A stretch of DNA of 64,000 nucleotides from Thainema sp. (GCA_052168235.1 JBQLZK010000010.1:71074-135073); one strand, 5' to 3'. Positions 32,440 through 44,153 are shown, counted from the stretch's first letter. The notes: a model not told the origin generated them from the letters alone. Made by a program: numbers and translations.

Positions 32440-35400
32440 ATGCACCATACGTGTCACCAAGCAGATCAAACTGCTGATTCACCCGAATATATCCGGCTCC
32501 TGATTGAGCATACGCCCGCTGCGATCGCAATGCTTGATCGAGAGCTACGCTATTTAGCAACCAGCCGTCGTTGGCTTGAAGACTACGGCTTAGGAGATCA
32601 AGCCATCATTGGTCGGTATCATTACGACATTTTTCCTGAGATTCCCGAAAAATGGAAACAAGTTCATCAGCGCTGTCTGGCCGGAGCCGTTGAACGCTGT
32701 GAAGAGGAAACGTTTGAGCGTCAAGATGGCAGGGTTGACTGGGTACGCTGGGAGGTGCGACCCTGGTACGACCTGAACGGTGACGTGGGTGGGATCATCA
32801 TGTCCAACGAGGTGATTACAGCTCGGAAACAAGCTGAACTTGCGCTCCAAGAGGCCAATGAGAATTTAGAAGCGACCATTACAGCCCGAACCGCTGAACT
32901 TCAGCAAACCATCGCTCAGCTTGAATGGGAAATTCAGCAGCGGGAACAGGCAGAGAAAGAACGCGATCGCTTTTTTAAGCTTTCGGCAGACATGCTGTGC
33001 GTTGCCGGTTTTGACGGCTACTTCAAGCGGCTCAACCCCAAATTCGAAGTCGTACTGGACTACTCCACCGAAGAGCTGATGGCCGAGCCCGTTTTGTCCT
33101 TTGTTCATCCGGATGATCAGGACACAACAGTTGCCATCTCCAGTCAATTGGCTGAAGGGAAACAAGTCGTCGCCTTTGAGAATCGTTATCGCTGCAAAAA
33201 CGGTTCCTATCGTTGGTTTTCCTGGACAGCCGCCTCAGATGTTGAGGCGGGACTCATCTATGCCTCTGCCCGTGATATCACCGAAAGTAAGCAAGCCCGC
33301 GAAGATCTATACCTGAGCCAACAGCGCTATGCGTCGCTGGCGGCTGCCGCTCCTGTTGGAATTTTTCGCACCGATTCGACAGGTCGCTGCATCTATATCA
33401 ATCAGCGATTGAGTGAAATTGCCGGTTTGCTATTTAGTGAGGCTCTAGACTGGGGCTGGACAGAGACGATTCATGAAGCCGATCGGGATCGGGTAGCAGC
33501 TCAGTGGCAGCAAGCGGTCGAAACCCATCAGCCGTTCCAAGCCGAATATCGGATGCGTCGCCACGATGGTTCGGTGTCCTGGGTGTATGGTCAAGCAGTG
33601 GCGGAACAAGATTCGAATGGTGCGGTGGTCGGCTATATTGGCACAATCACCGATATTAGCGATCGCAAATTAGCAGAAGCGGCTCTTCAGGACAGCGAAA
33701 CCCGCTATCGTCAGCTTTACACCAATACGCCCGTCATGATGCATGCCCTCAACTGCGAGGGAGAAATTATTCATGTGAGCGATCTGTGGCTGAGCGAGTT
33801 GGGCTATGAGCACCACGAAGTCATCGGGCGGCAGCTGACCGATTTTCTCACCGCTGAGTCACGGGACTATGCCCTCAGAATTGGCCTGCCCTCTCTCCAG
33901 CAGGCGGGGTCTTGTCGGGATGTTCACTACCGCATCGTCAAGAAAAACGGTGACGTCATTGACGTGCTGCTATCTGCCATTTCTGAGCAAAACGAGGCCG
34001 GACAGAGGACTCAGTCATTAGCGGTCTTGGTCGATGTCACTGAGCAAAAACAAGCAGAAGCACAGCTGCAAAACCAGGCTTGTCGAGAACAACTCTTCAA
34101 CCAGCTCACGAATCGCATTCGTGACTCCCTCGACTTTGAGCAAATACTGGGAGTGACCGTGCAGGAAATTCATGCCTATCTGCAAATCGATCGGTGCCAC
34201 TTTGCCTGGTATATCGAGGATGGGGGAGCAGCCTGCTGGGATATCACCAGTGAAGTACAGGCCGAGGGCTTGCCGAGCTTTGTCGGTCGTCACCCCGTAG
34301 AAGCCTTTGGAGCACTGTCCGATTTACTACTGAGCCAAGAAACTCTCCGTCTAGATGATGTTACCCACTGCCCGTATCCAGAGGTGAGCCACGTTCTACA
34401 GGCGTTAGGGAATAAGTCCATGCTGGTACTGCCCGTCTGTGCCAATTCAGGCCAATTTGGCATCATTGCCTGTATCCATAGCCAAGCCGTGCGGCCCTGG
34501 ATCGATGACGAGGTGGAATTCTTGGAAGCGATTGTGGGCCAACTTGCGATCGCACTTAACCAAGCCGAGCTGTACACCCAAATGAGTAACAAAGCCGCTG
34601 AGCTAGAGCAGGCAATGGCCGAACTCCAGCGCACTCAAACGCAGATGGTTCAGGCCGAAAAAATGTCCAGCCTCGGTCAGTTGGTGGCGGGTGTAGCCCA
34701 TGAAATCAACAATCCGGTCAACTTCATCTACGGCAATTTAGCTCATGCCTACGAATACACCCATGATTTACTAGGGCTGGTTCAGCTTTATCAGGAACAG
34801 TATCCCGCTCCTGTCCCCGTCATTGTGGATGAAATGGAAGCAATTGATTTGGACTTTTTGGTCGAAGATCTCCCCAAACTGATGAGTTCCATGAAAGTGG
34901 GCACCGAGCGCATCCGCGCCATTGTCGCCTCACTGCGCACCTTCTCGCGCATGGATGAAGCTGAAATGAAAGCCGTTAATATCCATGACGGTATTGATAG
35001 CACGCTGATGATCCTACACAATCGGATTAAGGCCAAGTGCGATCGCGCCGAAATCCAAGTTGTGCAAAACTACGGCGAGTTGCCACTCGTCGAATGCTAC
35101 GCCGGACAGCTCAATCAGGTGTTTATGAACCTGATCAGCAACGCCATTGACGCACTGGACGATGCACTGGATCGCAATTTACTCACAGAGCAACCCAGCC
35201 TCACGATTACCACGGAACAAGTGGGGTCTGACCATGTCGCGATTCGCTTTGCCGACAACGGCATTGGCATTCCGACTGCCGTCCTCAGCCAAATCTTTAA
35301 TCCATTTTTCACCACCAAACCAATCGGCAAAGGTACAGGCATGGGGCTATCAATCAGCTACCAAATTGTGACCGAGAAACATGGTGGCTCGCTCGACTGC

Positions 35401-35466
35401 TACTCTGAACCGGGCAGCGGGACAGAGTTTGTCATTCAAATTCCCATCTATCAACCCGGTGCATAA
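32440..35466 (+). CDS. Multi-PAS (4x PAS/PAC) plus GAF sensor histidine kinase
   Basis: PAC termini EVIT/DITE/DISD/DVTE; GAF without the CH motif; [22 protein letters not shown]. Confidence 0.92.
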   Translation: MHHTCHQADQTADSPEYIRLLIEHTPAAIAMLDRELRYLATSRRWLEDYGLGDQAIIGRYHYDIFPEIPEKWKQVHQRCLAGAVERCEEETFERQDGRVDWVRWEVRPWYDLNGDVGGIIMSNEVITARKQAELALQEANENLEATITARTAELQQTIAQLEWEIQQREQAEKERDRFFKLSADMLCVAGFDGYFKRLNPKFEVVLDYSTEELMAEPVLSFVHPDDQDTTVAISSQLAEGKQVVAFENRYRCKNGSYRWFSWTAASDVEAGLIYASARDITESKQAREDLYLSQQRYASLAAAAPVGIFRTDSTGRCIYINQRLSEIAGLLFSEALDWGWTETIHEADRDRVAAQWQQAVETHQPFQAEYRMRRHDGSVSWVYGQAVAEQDSNGAVVGYIGTITDISDRKLAEAALQDSETRYRQLYTNTPVMMHALNCEGEIIHVSDLWLSELGYEHHEVIGRQLTDFLTAESRDYALRIGLPSLQQAGSCRDVHYRIVKKNGDVIDVLLSAISEQNEAGQRTQSLAVLVDVTEQKQAEAQLQNQACREQLFNQLTNRIRDSLDFEQILGVTVQEIHAYLQIDRCHFAWYIEDGGAACWDITSEVQAEGLPSFVGRHPVEAFGALSDLLLSQETLRLDDVTHCPYPEVSHVLQALGNKSMLVLPVCANSGQFGIIACIHSQAVRPWIDDEVEFLEAIVGQLAIALNQAELYTQMSNKAAELEQAMAELQRTQTQMVQAEKMSSLGQLVAGVAHEINNPVNFIYGNLAHAYEYTHDLLGLVQLYQEQYPAPVPVIVDEMEAIDLDFLVEDLPKLMSSMKVGTERIRAIVASLRTFSRMDEAEMKAVNIHDGIDSTLMILHNRIKAKCDRAEIQVVQNYGELPLVECYAGQLNQVFMNLISNAIDALDDALDRNLLTEQPSLTITTEQVGSDHVAIRFADNGIGIPTAVLSQIFNPFFTTKPIGKGTGMGLSISYQIVTEKHGGSLDCYSEPGSGTEFVIQIPIYQPGA

Positions 35467-35487
35467 GCTGTGCTCGTGGTTTATTCC

Positions 35488-35541
35488 AGTTCATTTGGTG
35501 AGGTAAATTCCCGGTGGGGAATTTACCTCACCAAATGAACT
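35488..35541. repeat. Perfect 25-bp inverted repeat with a 4-nt loop (possible terminator)
   Basis: AGTTCATTTGGTGAGGTAAATTCCC-GGTG-GGGAATTTACCTCACCAAATGAACT. Confidence 0.9.
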
Positions 35542-35600
35542 AAACACTGTGCTAGGCTACAATCCGATCCGGACAAGCCTTGCTATTCAGCCCGTTTCGT

Positions 35601-36293
35601 ATGCTTTACACCTATGAGTTTCCGCGTCCTGCCCTCGCCGTTGACTGTGTGATTTTTGGTTTTGACGATCGCTATCAGCTCCAGATCATGCTGATTCAGC
35701 GGAATCTGGAACCCTTCAAAGGTCAGTGGGCGCTACCGGGTGGGTTTGTGCGGATTGATGAATCATTAGAAGATGCCGCTCGACGTGAACTGGCAGAAGA
35801 AACAGGATTGCAAAATATCTTTCTGGAGCAGCTTTATACCTTTGGTCAACCCAAACGTCATCCCGGCGATCGCGTCGTCTCAGTGGCGTACTACGCACTC
35901 GTAAACTTGGTGGAACATGCTGTGCAAGCCGCAACCGATGCCAGTGCAGCAGCTTGGTTTCCGGTGCAAGCACTCCCGCCGTTGGCATTTGACCATCAAA
36001 CGATTTTGCAGACGGCGCTCCAGCGGCTTAAGGGCAAAGTGAGGTATGAGCCAATCGGGTTTGAACTCTTGCCCAACAAGTTCACGCTGACGGAACTGCA
36101 GCGGCTCTACGAAACGGTTTTGGAAGAACCATTAGACAAGCGTAACTTCCGCAAGAAAATTCTCAAGATGGATTTGCTGATTGAACTGGATGAAAAGCAG
36201 CAGGGGGTTGCCCATCGGGCAGCCAAGCTGTATCGATTCGATGAAGCGAAGTATACGCAGCTCAAGCAAAAGGGATTCAACTTCGAATTATAG
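35601..36293 (+). CDS. nrtR: NrtR-family Nudix-related transcriptional regulator
   Basis: Nudix box [29 protein letters not shown], and C-terminal w[14 protein letters not shown]...DKRNFRKKI...AKLYRF. Confidence 0.85.
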   Translation: MLYTYEFPRPALAVDCVIFGFDDRYQLQIMLIQRNLEPFKGQWALPGGFVRIDESLEDAARRELAEETGLQNIFLEQLYTFGQPKRHPGDRVVSVAYYALVNLVEHAVQAATDASAAAWFPVQALPPLAFDHQTILQTALQRLKGKVRYEPIGFELLPNKFTLTELQRLYETVLEEPLDKRNFRKKILKMDLLIELDEKQQGVAHRAAKLYRFDEAKYTQLKQKGFNFEL

Positions 36294-36805
36294 GTTTTAT
36301 CGATTTAGCCCAAAATATTAAGGAGCTGAAACCTTGGGCTAAAATTGAGTCACGCAGCGTTCTGTGCAGCTATTCGCGCAATATAACGTCTCCGTGTAGT
36401 CGTTTTTGTGCATTTGGTTTCATACACTATTGATGAGTTAATTCCATGAGTAATTCTATTCATGAAATTGGCATCATGGATGAAATCGCGTGACAACAAA
36501 ATAGTTCTTTTTCTTAAAAATTTGTTTAAAGAAAAAGTTTGAGTTCAGAACGCTGAAATGCAGTGCAGTCAGTAGATGCAATCGGCTTGAAGCCTGAGCA
36601 ATTGGAACCACTCCAACAGCTTGGCTAAGTTGTTGGCATCTACTCATTTGGTTGGATAGTTAGCAAAGTCTACGGTGTGCAACGGATTGAATGATGCGCT
36701 GAGTCAATACAGTCATCCCGCATTACCTATTGCTGGTTCACAACTAGTAATCGCGAGTTGATTGTCAACAAAGGCGCTGTACGACCTATTTAGGAGTGAA
36801 CACTC

Positions 36806-37363
36806 ATGGGGATAAGACTCAAACAAATCACGAATTTGGCATCTAATTCAACTCGACACGCGATCGCACTTTTGGGTGGATCTGCGATCGCGGTTTTCGG
36901 CACACTGCTAACCACCGCAACTCCAGCCTCTGCACAGGCGGCCTATGGTAGCTACGTTGGTGTTGGGCCTTCTTTTGGTTTGACGGAAGGCGATTTTGCG
37001 AGTCAGGATAATGCGTTTGGGGCCGTAATTGCCGGGCGCTACAAGTTCCTTGAGATTCCGCTTTCGTTGCGCTCTCAGGTCTTTTTATCTGATGAAAGCT
37101 GGGCCGTTGCACCGACGGCTTCATTGGATATTCCGCTCGATTGGCAAACTGATGTTTACTTAGGCGCAGGCTTCTCCATTGTGAGCGGTTCCCAGGCCAC
37201 TCCGATCGGGGATAAATCGTCGTTTATCATCCAGCCCGGTATCGACCACATGCTGCCGCGCACGAACTTGGTCTTGTTTGGCAACGCAGTAATTGCCTTC
37301 GACGGTTACGAAGAAGGTGGTACAGCCGCATCGGTTCAAGGAGGCGTTGGCGTACGCTTTTAG
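36806..37363 (+). CDS. Putative outer-membrane beta-barrel protein
   Basis: Signal peptide ending ASA-Q, amphipathic beta-strands, C-terminal GVGVRF Phe. Confidence 0.7.
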   Translation: MGIRLKQITNLASNSTRHAIALLGGSAIAVFGTLLTTATPASAQAAYGSYVGVGPSFGLTEGDFASQDNAFGAVIAGRYKFLEIPLSLRSQVFLSDESWAVAPTASLDIPLDWQTDVYLGAGFSIVSGSQATPIGDKSSFIIQPGIDHMLPRTNLVLFGNAVIAFDGYEEGGTAASVQGGVGVRF

Positions 37364-37391
37364 GCGCTTTCTAAATCATCTGACGGAAACT

Positions 37392-37457
37392 GTAGGGGCG
37401 GGTTTTGCCGTCAACTTTATGACACGGTGCAGATTGCTCAACGAAATCCGCCCCTAC
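37392..37457. repeat. REP-like element (GTAGGGGCGGGTTT...AAATCCGCCCCTAC)
   Basis: Same arms as 1685-1751. Confidence 0.75.
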
Positions 37458-37477
37458 TCAATATCGAACTTAGATTC

Positions 37478-37571
37478 ACTAGACTTTATTGGAAATAAAG
37501 TTTTTGGGGTTGGAAATTGTTTTGTAGCACGGCTCCGCCGCGCTACAAAACAATTTCCGATAAAGTCTAGT
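37478..37571. repeat. Nested palindromic MITE-like element
   Basis: Outer arms ACTAGACTTTAT(T)GGAAAT and ATTTCC(G)ATAAAGTCTAGT enclose the TTTGTAGC...GCTACAAAA core shared with 5221-5263. Confidence 0.6.
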
Positions 37572-37608
37572 TCATAATCCATGACGTGATGCTTGCTGTA
37601 CGATGCGT

Positions 37609-38457
37609 TTAAGGCTTGATAAAGCGAATGCACAGGGGATAGCGATACAGGCGACCACTGTTGGCATTGGCGGACGCTAAAATCACACAGACAATATCAA
37701 AAATGGCAAGTGCGATCGCAAGTGGAATCAGAATCGCCAGCATGAGAAACCCAATCAAAATCACCATCAAAATGAATGACAGGACTAGTAACCCAATCCA
37801 CGCCACCCAATAGAGCAGCATTGACAGGCGAAAATTAAGTGCTTCGCGCGCATGTGCCCGAGTTAACTCCGAATCATCTCCCTTCAGCAGCAAAACCAGT
37901 AACGGCACCACAATCGGCACGATCATCGTGCTTGGGCCAAGCATGACCGTCAGTAATCCGCCAGAGGCGGCATCGCCGAGCGTAACCAAATAGGGCAGCA
38001 GCGCGGCTAGATGACACAGCATGGCCCAGGTCGTATCCCGCGCCATCACCCGCTGCATGTTGCTGACTTGTTTAGGGCTGCTTGGAGTTCTTGTTGAGCC
38101 ACGATATGTGGCATCAGCCTCAGTCGAAACAAACTCTGGATTAGAGGTAGTATCCTCCCGACGAGGCAGCTTAAACTCCGTTGTCCAAGCCGGGGCCGAT
38201 TGCCCACTCTGCCACCCAGAAACATGGACGGTTTGGATCGAAGGTGGCGATAGTTTCACCATGCCTTTTTGCACGACTGGCAGAATTTGGCTTCGTTCGG
38301 GAGGAACTGCTGCTTCCAGAACAATCTGTAGCATGCCGTGTCCCCGCTGCTGAGCACGCGCTCGAATCTGCTGCGACTGCAGCGATCGCGTAATTAACGC
38401 CGCAATTGCGATCTCATCTCCCCGCTTTGCTTGCTCAACTAAATTGGCCTGTGACAT
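37609..38457 (-). CDS. DUF4870-like membrane protein with an N-terminal soluble domain
   Basis: WAMLCHL...HAREALNF...GRLYRYPLCIRFIK C-terminal pattern. Confidence 0.8.
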   Translation of the reverse strand: MSQANLVEQAKRGDEIAIAALITRSLQSQQIRARAQQRGHGMLQIVLEAAVPPERSQILPVVQKGMVKLSPPSIQTVHVSGWQSGQSAPAWTTEFKLPRREDTTSNPEFVSTEADATYRGSTRTPSSPKQVSNMQRVMARDTTWAMLCHLAALLPYLVTLGDAASGGLLTVMLGPSTMIVPIVVPLLVLLLKGDDSELTRAHAREALNFRLSMLLYWVAWIGLLVLSFILMVILIGFLMLAILIPLAIALAIFDIVCVILASANANSGRLYRYPLCIRFIKP

Positions 38458-38674
38458 GACACCGTAATGCGTAGATGGCTAGTTAAACGTAGATTCACCC
38501 TCTACAGACATAATTCCCAAACTCAGCGGCGTCTAAAGCGCCTCATCACAGCACCAGATAATCTTTGATGATCCCCATTCCTAACTTCTAATGCGAGAGA
38601 CTACCGCTGCGAGGAGAATCCTTTTCTCCCTCTTCTCCCTCACTCTGTTTCTTTTCCAACCGTTACACGCCACA

Positions 38675-39502
38675 CTAAACCTTCGTCCGATCCGTCAAAA
38701 TCTCGTAGCCCTCCTCTGTCACCAACACCGTATGCTCAAACTGAGCCGAGAGAGAGCGATCAACCGTCACCACCGTCCAGCGATCGCGCAGTGTCCGAGT
38801 ATATTTCGAGCCAGCATTCAAAATCGGTTCAATCGCCAACGTCATACCTGCTTTCAGCTTCACGTTGGGCATTGTGTTAGTGCGAACGTTAAAGACCGAA
38901 GGCGCTTCATGCAGATTACGTCCTACTCCGTGACCTGTAAAATCTTCAACGACACTGTAGCCATTGGTCTTAACGTAATCCTCAACCGCACCAGCGATAT
39001 CCATCAGATAATTTCCAGCTTTCACCTGTGCGATGCCTTGATACAGCGCCTGCTCAGCCGTATGGATCAACCGCTCAGCCTCAGGCGTCACGCGTCCAAC
39101 TGCAATCGTGATGCAGGAGTCACCGTGAAATCCCTCAAAATAAGCGCCCGTATCGATCTTGAGCACATCACCTCGGCGAATTTTCTTTTTCGGACTGGGA
39201 ATACCGTGTACAACTTCATCATTAATGCAGGAACAAATTGAGCCAGGGAAGCCGTGATAGCCCTTGAAACTGGGAGTTGCCCCCATTTCTCGAATCCGCT
39301 GCTCAGCATAGGCATCCAAATCCTGCGTTGTTAGCCCCGGCTCAACCCGCTCTGCAATCTCCTTCAAAACCGTCGCCACAATCCGAGATGCCTGACGCAT
39401 GATCTCAATTTCGGCTGCGGTTTTAACTTCAACACCGCGAAATCGCTTGCGCGCGGCAGATAACGGCATTGTCTTAGGCAAGATATTGGAAAAAATATTC
39501 AT
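38675..39502 (-). CDS. map: Methionine aminopeptidase (type I)
   Basis: VHGIP, DTG, GDSC, GHGVG, AIEP and AQFEHT. Confidence 0.97.
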   Translation of the reverse strand: MNIFSNILPKTMPLSAARKRFRGVEVKTAAEIEIMRQASRIVATVLKEIAERVEPGLTTQDLDAYAEQRIREMGATPSFKGYHGFPGSICSCINDEVVHGIPSPKKKIRRGDVLKIDTGAYFEGFHGDSCITIAVGRVTPEAERLIHTAEQALYQGIAQVKAGNYLMDIAGAVEDYVKTNGYSVVEDFTGHGVGRNLHEAPSVFNVRTNTMPNVKLKAGMTLAIEPILNAGSKYTRTLRDRWTVVTVDRSLSAQFEHTVLVTEEGYEILTDRTKV

Positions 39503-39812
39503 AGATCTCGTAGATCAATTCATAAAGACAGGATCGAACAACGCGCACTCACCGGAATACCAACGCACGATAGAGAACGCGCGGCATAAAGCGAATCAAA
39601 GCGATCAACAACCAAAAAAACTCAGTCAAGATTCAGCTATGACTACTAGATTAGCGTGTTCCCTAACCATCCGTCGCCCCTTAAATCGTTCAAGAGCACT
39701 GAAGCATTCTGTTAGCAGTATTCGTACATCCGCAAATTTAACTTAAGAGACAGTTCAGATCTCGGCTTTTCTAAGGTATATTAGTAGACTGTGTATTTTG
39801 GAGGCTGTTTTT

Positions 39813-40175
39813 ATGAACGCTCAGGAGATTATTGCCTCCATCGAGGCAGAACAGCTCAAAGACGATCTCCCCATCATTCACGTTGGGGATACCGTTCGCG
39901 TCGGTGTTCGGATCCGAGAGGGAGGAAAAGAGCGCGTCCAACCTTATGAAGGCACAGTGATTGCTATGCGCAATGGTGGGGCTAATGAAACCATCACTGT
40001 TCGTCGCATCTTTCAAGGCGTCGGGGTTGAGCGGGTTTTTCTACTTCATTCCCCTCGCGTTGCTGATATTAAAGTGCTACGCCGAGGCAAAGCACGTCGA
40101 GCTAAGCTATACTACCTGCGTGACCGAGTTGGTAAGGCTACTCGTCTGAAGCAGCGTTTTGATCGCCCGCTCTAG
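39813..40175 (+). CDS. rplS: 50S ribosomal protein L19
   Basis: [31 protein letters not shown] before ATG 39813. Confidence 0.98.
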   Translation: MNAQEIIASIEAEQLKDDLPIIHVGDTVRVGVRIREGGKERVQPYEGTVIAMRNGGANETITVRRIFQGVGVERVFLLHSPRVADIKVLRRGKARRAKLYYLRDRVGKATRLKQRFDRPL

Positions 40176-40299
40176 AGCGAGTGGTTGATTTGAGAGGTCT
40201 TCGCAGATATCAAACGGTCTAACCAAAAATCCTGGTTGACGACAGGTATCTAGAAGTAGCAAAATAGTAATTCGGTATACTTCTCGAATTGCTGTTCGT

Positions 40300-40372
40300 G
40301 CGTCCTTAGTTCAGTTGGTAGAACGCGGGTCTCCAAAACCTGATGTCGGGGGTTCGAGTCCTCCAGGGCGCG
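40300..40372 (+). tRNA. tRNA-Trp (CCA)
   Basis: GCGTCCTTAGTTCAGTTGGTAGAACGCGGGTCTCCAAAACCTGATGTCGGGGGTTCGAGTCCTCCAGGGCGCG cloverleaf, upstream of secE. Confidence 0.97.
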
Positions 40373-40572
40373 CTGAAGTAGGCAAATAGGCTCTACCCGA
40401 AAGCTTAAGTTAGCAATTTTATGACTGCTGCTTAGACTTTCGGGTAGGCTTGTTGTCTGTCTTCCTTCTCATACCCTTATCGACAAGCAGCAATTTGCCT
40501 AATGGTGTGCATAAGCCGGTATTAGGAATAGGCTCAAATTTTAAGGTTTAGTAGCAGGGGTTTCTGTTAGCT

Positions 40573-40845
40573 GTGGCAGAAGAAGACACAAAAAAAGAAG
40601 CCAAAACGAAAGCAAAGGAAAAGCAAGATACCTCAGGTAGCACTGGTGGTCTTGGTGTTGCGGACTTTCTGAAAGGCACAAAAGAAGAGTTAGACAAAGT
40701 TGTTTGGCCAGGACGCCAGCAGCTTGCCAGCGAATCAGTCGCTGTCATTTTGATGGTGACGCTCTCAGCAGCTTTGATCTATTTAGTAGATAACTTTTTT
40801 GGCTGGGCTGCCGCGCAGATTTTTAATGGTACTCAGGGGTTATAA
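40573..40845 (+). CDS. secE: Preprotein translocase subunit SecE
   Basis: ELDKVVWP motif plus a TM helix; upstream of nusG. Confidence 0.95.
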   Translation: MAEEDTKKEAKTKAKEKQDTSGSTGGLGVADFLKGTKEELDKVVWPGRQQLASESVAVILMVTLSAALIYLVDNFFGWAAAQIFNGTQGL

Positions 40846-41532
40846 ATGAGTTTCGCATCAGATGAACAATACGACGCGACGCTGCATGATGCAGAGGATG
40901 AGCAGTCGGATTCGCCCTCTGAAGCGATGGGTCCGAAGCGCTGGTATGCAGTTCAGGTTGCATCAGGCTGTGAAAAGCGAGTCAAGCTCAATTTGGAGCA
41001 GCGTATTCAAACGCTTGATGTTGCTGATCGCATTCTCAGAATCGAGATTCCTGAAACTCCTGTTTTAAAACCACAAAAGTCTGGTCGTCCCAAGGAATCA
41101 ACTGAAAAAGTGTTTCCGGGTTATGTACTCGTCCAGCTGCAGCTTGTCCGTGATACCGCCGTAGATGGCTGGAAGATGGACGATGAGGCTTGGCAGACGA
41201 TTAAAAATACGCCAAACGTCATTAACTTTGTGGGTTCAGAACGTCGCCCTCGGACTGGCGGAGGACGGGGACGAGGCCATGTACAACCTCTACCCCTCAG
41301 TCGTGCAGAAGTAGAGCGAATCTTCAAGCAAGCCGAAGAGCAGAAGCCTGTTGTAAAAGTCGATATGGCTACTGGTGACAAGATTACGGTTTTGTCTGGC
41401 CCATTCAAGGACTTTGAGGGTGAGGTGATAGAAGTCAGCCCAGAACGGAGCAAGTTGAAGGCACTGCTGTCTATCTTTGGCCGCGATACCCCTGTGGAAT
41501 TGGAGTTTAATCAAGTTCAGAAAGAGAGCTAG
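40846..41532 (+). CDS. nusG: Transcription termination/antitermination factor NusG
   Basis: WYAVQVASG, KVFPGYV, KOW motif GPFKDFEG, IFGRDTPVEL. Confidence 0.97.
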   Translation: MSFASDEQYDATLHDAEDEQSDSPSEAMGPKRWYAVQVASGCEKRVKLNLEQRIQTLDVADRILRIEIPETPVLKPQKSGRPKESTEKVFPGYVLVQLQLVRDTAVDGWKMDDEAWQTIKNTPNVINFVGSERRPRTGGGRGRGHVQPLPLSRAEVERIFKQAEEQKPVVKVDMATGDKITVLSGPFKDFEGEVIEVSPERSKLKALLSIFGRDTPVELEFNQVQKES

Positions 41533-41535
41533 TAG

Positions 41536-41961
41536 ATGGCAAAGAAAGTTGTTGCATTAATTAAGTTAGCCATCGACGCAGGAAAAGCAAATCCTGCGCC
41601 TCCGATTGGCCCAGCGCTGGGTCAACATGGCGTTAACATTATGCAGTTCTGCAAGGAATACAACGCGAAGACTGCTGACAAGACAGGTTTAGTCATTCCG
41701 GTAGAAATTTCGGTTTTCGAAGATCGCAGCTTTACGTTCGTTCTTAAGACACCACCTGCATCGGTATTGATCAAGAAAGCGATCGGTATTGATAGGGGTT
41801 CGGGTGAACCCAATCGTCAAAAGGTTGGCTCTATTACTCGGGCCCAGCTGCGTGAGATTGCAGAAACCAAGATGCCGGATTTGAATGCGAATGATGTTGA
41901 TGCAGCCATCAAGATTATTGAAGGTACGGCTCGTAATATGGGCGTTACGGTTGCTGACTAA
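41536..41961 (+). CDS. rplK: 50S ribosomal protein L11
   Basis: [26 protein letters not shown]. Confidence 0.98.
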   Translation: MAKKVVALIKLAIDAGKANPAPPIGPALGQHGVNIMQFCKEYNAKTADKTGLVIPVEISVFEDRSFTFVLKTPPASVLIKKAIGIDRGSGEPNRQKVGSITRAQLREIAETKMPDLNANDVDAAIKIIEGTARNMGVTVAD

Positions 41962-42073
41962 TTTTGCACCGTGACTGTCGGGATACATGAGTAATATTGC
42001 GAGTTGCGATCGCACATCTAGTATCCATGACAGCATATTTTTTGAATTGCCCTAAACTGTAAACCCTGATTGA

Positions 42074-42104
42074 GGGGGAGAAGCCTAGCTTCGTCAGTAC
42101 CCCA
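42074..42104 (+). promoter_or_regulatory. Putative ribosomal protein L1 autoregulatory binding site
   Basis: GGGGGAG-AAGC..GCTT-CG...ACCCC stem with an internal loop, directly before the rplA RBS. Confidence 0.5.
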
Positions 42105-42114
42105 GGAGATCTGA

Positions 42115-42831
42115 ATGACTAAGAGAGTTTCTCGAAGGCTACAAACACTACTCAAAAAGGTCGAAGATCGGCCTTATGACCCCTTAGAAGCACTTCAGTT
42201 GCTGAAAGAGACTGCAACGGCAAAGTTTCCAGAATCTGCAGAAGCGCACATTCGCCTTGGTATTGATCCCAAGTACACCGATCAACAGCTCCGCACAACG
42301 GTGGCACTGCCGAAAGGAACCGGACAAACCGTACGCGTGGCTGTGATTGCTCGTGGTGAAAAGGTATCAGAGGCGGCTGAAGGCGGCGCAGATATCTATG
42401 GTTCAGAAGAACTAATTGCAGATATTCAAAAGGGCATGATGGACTTTGACGTTCTAATTGCCACACCTGACATGATGCCTCAGGTGGCAAAACTAGGTCG
42501 GATGCTTGGCCCTAAGGGTTTGATGCCATCGCCCAAAGGCGGCACGGTTACCGCTGACTTGGCTCAAGCCATTCAGGACTTCAAAGCGGGTAAATTAGAG
42601 TTCCGGGCTGACCGAACCGGTATTGTTCATGTTATGTTTGGTAAGGCGTCGTTCTCAGCGGAAGACTTGCTAACTAACTTGAAGGCTTTGCAGGAAACGA
42701 TTGACCGCAACCGTCCATCTGGTGCGAAAGGTCGCTATTGGCGCAGTATCTACATTTCGTCCACAATGGGACCTTCTATCCAAGTGGATATCAGTGCGTT
42801 GCGCGATCTGAAGCTGGCAGAAGCTGCTTAA
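42115..42831 (+). CDS. rplA: 50S ribosomal protein L1
   Basis: [33 protein letters not shown]. Confidence 0.98.
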   Translation: MTKRVSRRLQTLLKKVEDRPYDPLEALQLLKETATAKFPESAEAHIRLGIDPKYTDQQLRTTVALPKGTGQTVRVAVIARGEKVSEAAEGGADIYGSEELIADIQKGMMDFDVLIATPDMMPQVAKLGRMLGPKGLMPSPKGGTVTADLAQAIQDFKAGKLEFRADRTGIVHVMFGKASFSAEDLLTNLKALQETIDRNRPSGAKGRYWRSIYISSTMGPSIQVDISALRDLKLAEAA

Positions 42832-42920
42832 GTGCGATCGCAGTTACAGATTTTATCGTTCATAACTCAGCTTGATCGCTGAGGAGGATCTAGAGAAACA
42901 AGTTTTACCACAGTTAAATA

Positions 42921-43053
42921 AAAAGCCAGAGACAGCAGGAGCGCAACGCTTAATACCCTGCCGAGGTTTTTTGAGATTAATTAGGAGATAGTTGCTGTGA
43001 AATTGTGACTATTCCTATCTCAAAAGCTCTGGCCAAATGCTAGAGCTTTTTGC
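42921..43053 (+). ncRNA. Ribosomal protein L10 leader
   Basis: AGCCAGAGACAGCAGG...TTAAT..CCTGCCGAGG core followed by a terminator-like hairpin (AAAAGCTCTGG...TAGAGCTTTTT), upstream of rplJ. Confidence 0.85.
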
Positions 43054-43110
43054 TTTAGCACTGTGGTATCCAGGCTAGTCGTTTAGTCCCGGAAAGGAGG
43101 TGAACTCGGA

Positions 43111-43647
43111 ATGGGCAGAACACTAGAGAACAAAAAGGCAATTGTGGCAGACCTCAAACAGTCTTTGAGTGAAACCCAACTCGCCGTTGTGATTGACTTC
43201 AAAGGACTTTCTGTAGCGGAAATTTCTGATCTCAGAAATCGTCTGCGGGAAGTTGATGCGACTTGCAAAGTCACCAAAAACACTCTGATGCGGATTGCAG
43301 TAGAGGGTGACGACAATTGGCAACCCATCCAAGAGTTTTTGAAAGAGTCATCTGCTTTCTTGCTCGCAAAAGATGACTTAAGCGGTGCAGTTAAGGCATA
43401 TCAGGCATTTCAAAAAGCATCTAAGAAAACGGTGCTGCGCGGCGGCGTCATGGATGGACGAGTTCTGTCAGATGCTGAAGTAAAGGCCATCGGCGATCTG
43501 CCATCGAAGGAAGAACTCATCGCTCAGATTGCTGGGGCGCTCAATGCGGTTGCCACCAAGCTGGCTGTTGGCATCAACGAAGTTCCGGCTTCTATTGCGC
43601 GGGGTATCAAAGCGGTATCCGAGCAAGATCAGCAAGATGCTGCGTAA
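43111..43647 (+). CDS. rplJ: 50S ribosomal protein L10
   Basis: KVTKNTLM and LPSKEELIAQIAG; AAGGAGGT RBS. Confidence 0.97.
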   Translation: MGRTLENKKAIVADLKQSLSETQLAVVIDFKGLSVAEISDLRNRLREVDATCKVTKNTLMRIAVEGDDNWQPIQEFLKESSAFLLAKDDLSGAVKAYQAFQKASKKTVLRGGVMDGRVLSDAEVKAIGDLPSKEELIAQIAGALNAVATKLAVGINEVPASIARGIKAVSEQDQQDAA

Positions 43648-43757
43648 GCAAGTACGGCAAGCGATTCCTCAGTACTGAGCAGTACAAAATGGACGCTCCA
43701 TACAAAAATTTGACTGGTTTGTTTGTGACGCTTTTGTAATTTATCAGGAGAGATTTC

Positions 43758-44153
43758 ATGTCTGAAGCAACTGACAAAATTCTAGAGCAGCTTAAGTCTT
43801 TGACTCTGCTTGAGGCTTCTGAGCTGGTTAAGCAAATTGAAGAAGCCTTTGGTGTAAGTGCTGCGGCTCCGGCTGGCGGCATGATGATGATGGCTCCGGG
43901 TGCTGCTGGCGGTGGCGAAGCTGAAGCTGAAGAAGAGAAAACTGAATTCGACGTTATTCTGGAAGAAGTTCCGGCTGACAAGAAGATTGCTATCCTGAAG
44001 GTTGTCCGCAACCTAACCGGATTAGGTCTGAAAGAAGCGAAGGAAGTTGTCGAATCTGCACCTAAGCCTATCAAAGAGGCTATTGCGAAAGAAGCAGCCG
44101 AAGACGCTAAGAAGCAGCTCGAAGAAGCTGGTGCAAAGGTTTCTGTTAAGTAA
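43758..44153 (+). CDS. rplL: 50S ribosomal protein L7/L12
   Basis: [28 protein letters not shown]. Confidence 0.98.
   Translation: MSEATDKILEQLKSLTLLEASELVKQIEEAFGVSAAAPAGGMMMMAPGAAGGGEAEAEEEKTEFDVILEEVPADKKIAILKVVRNLTGLGLKEAKEVVESAPKPIKEAIAKEAAEDAKKQLEEAGAKVSVK

Noticed and set aside
38591..39241. Long antisense or overlapping ORFs (also 43607-44176, 55114-55668, 53894-54469, 18292-18849)
   Set aside because: Shadow frames of well-supported genes, with no recognisable motifs
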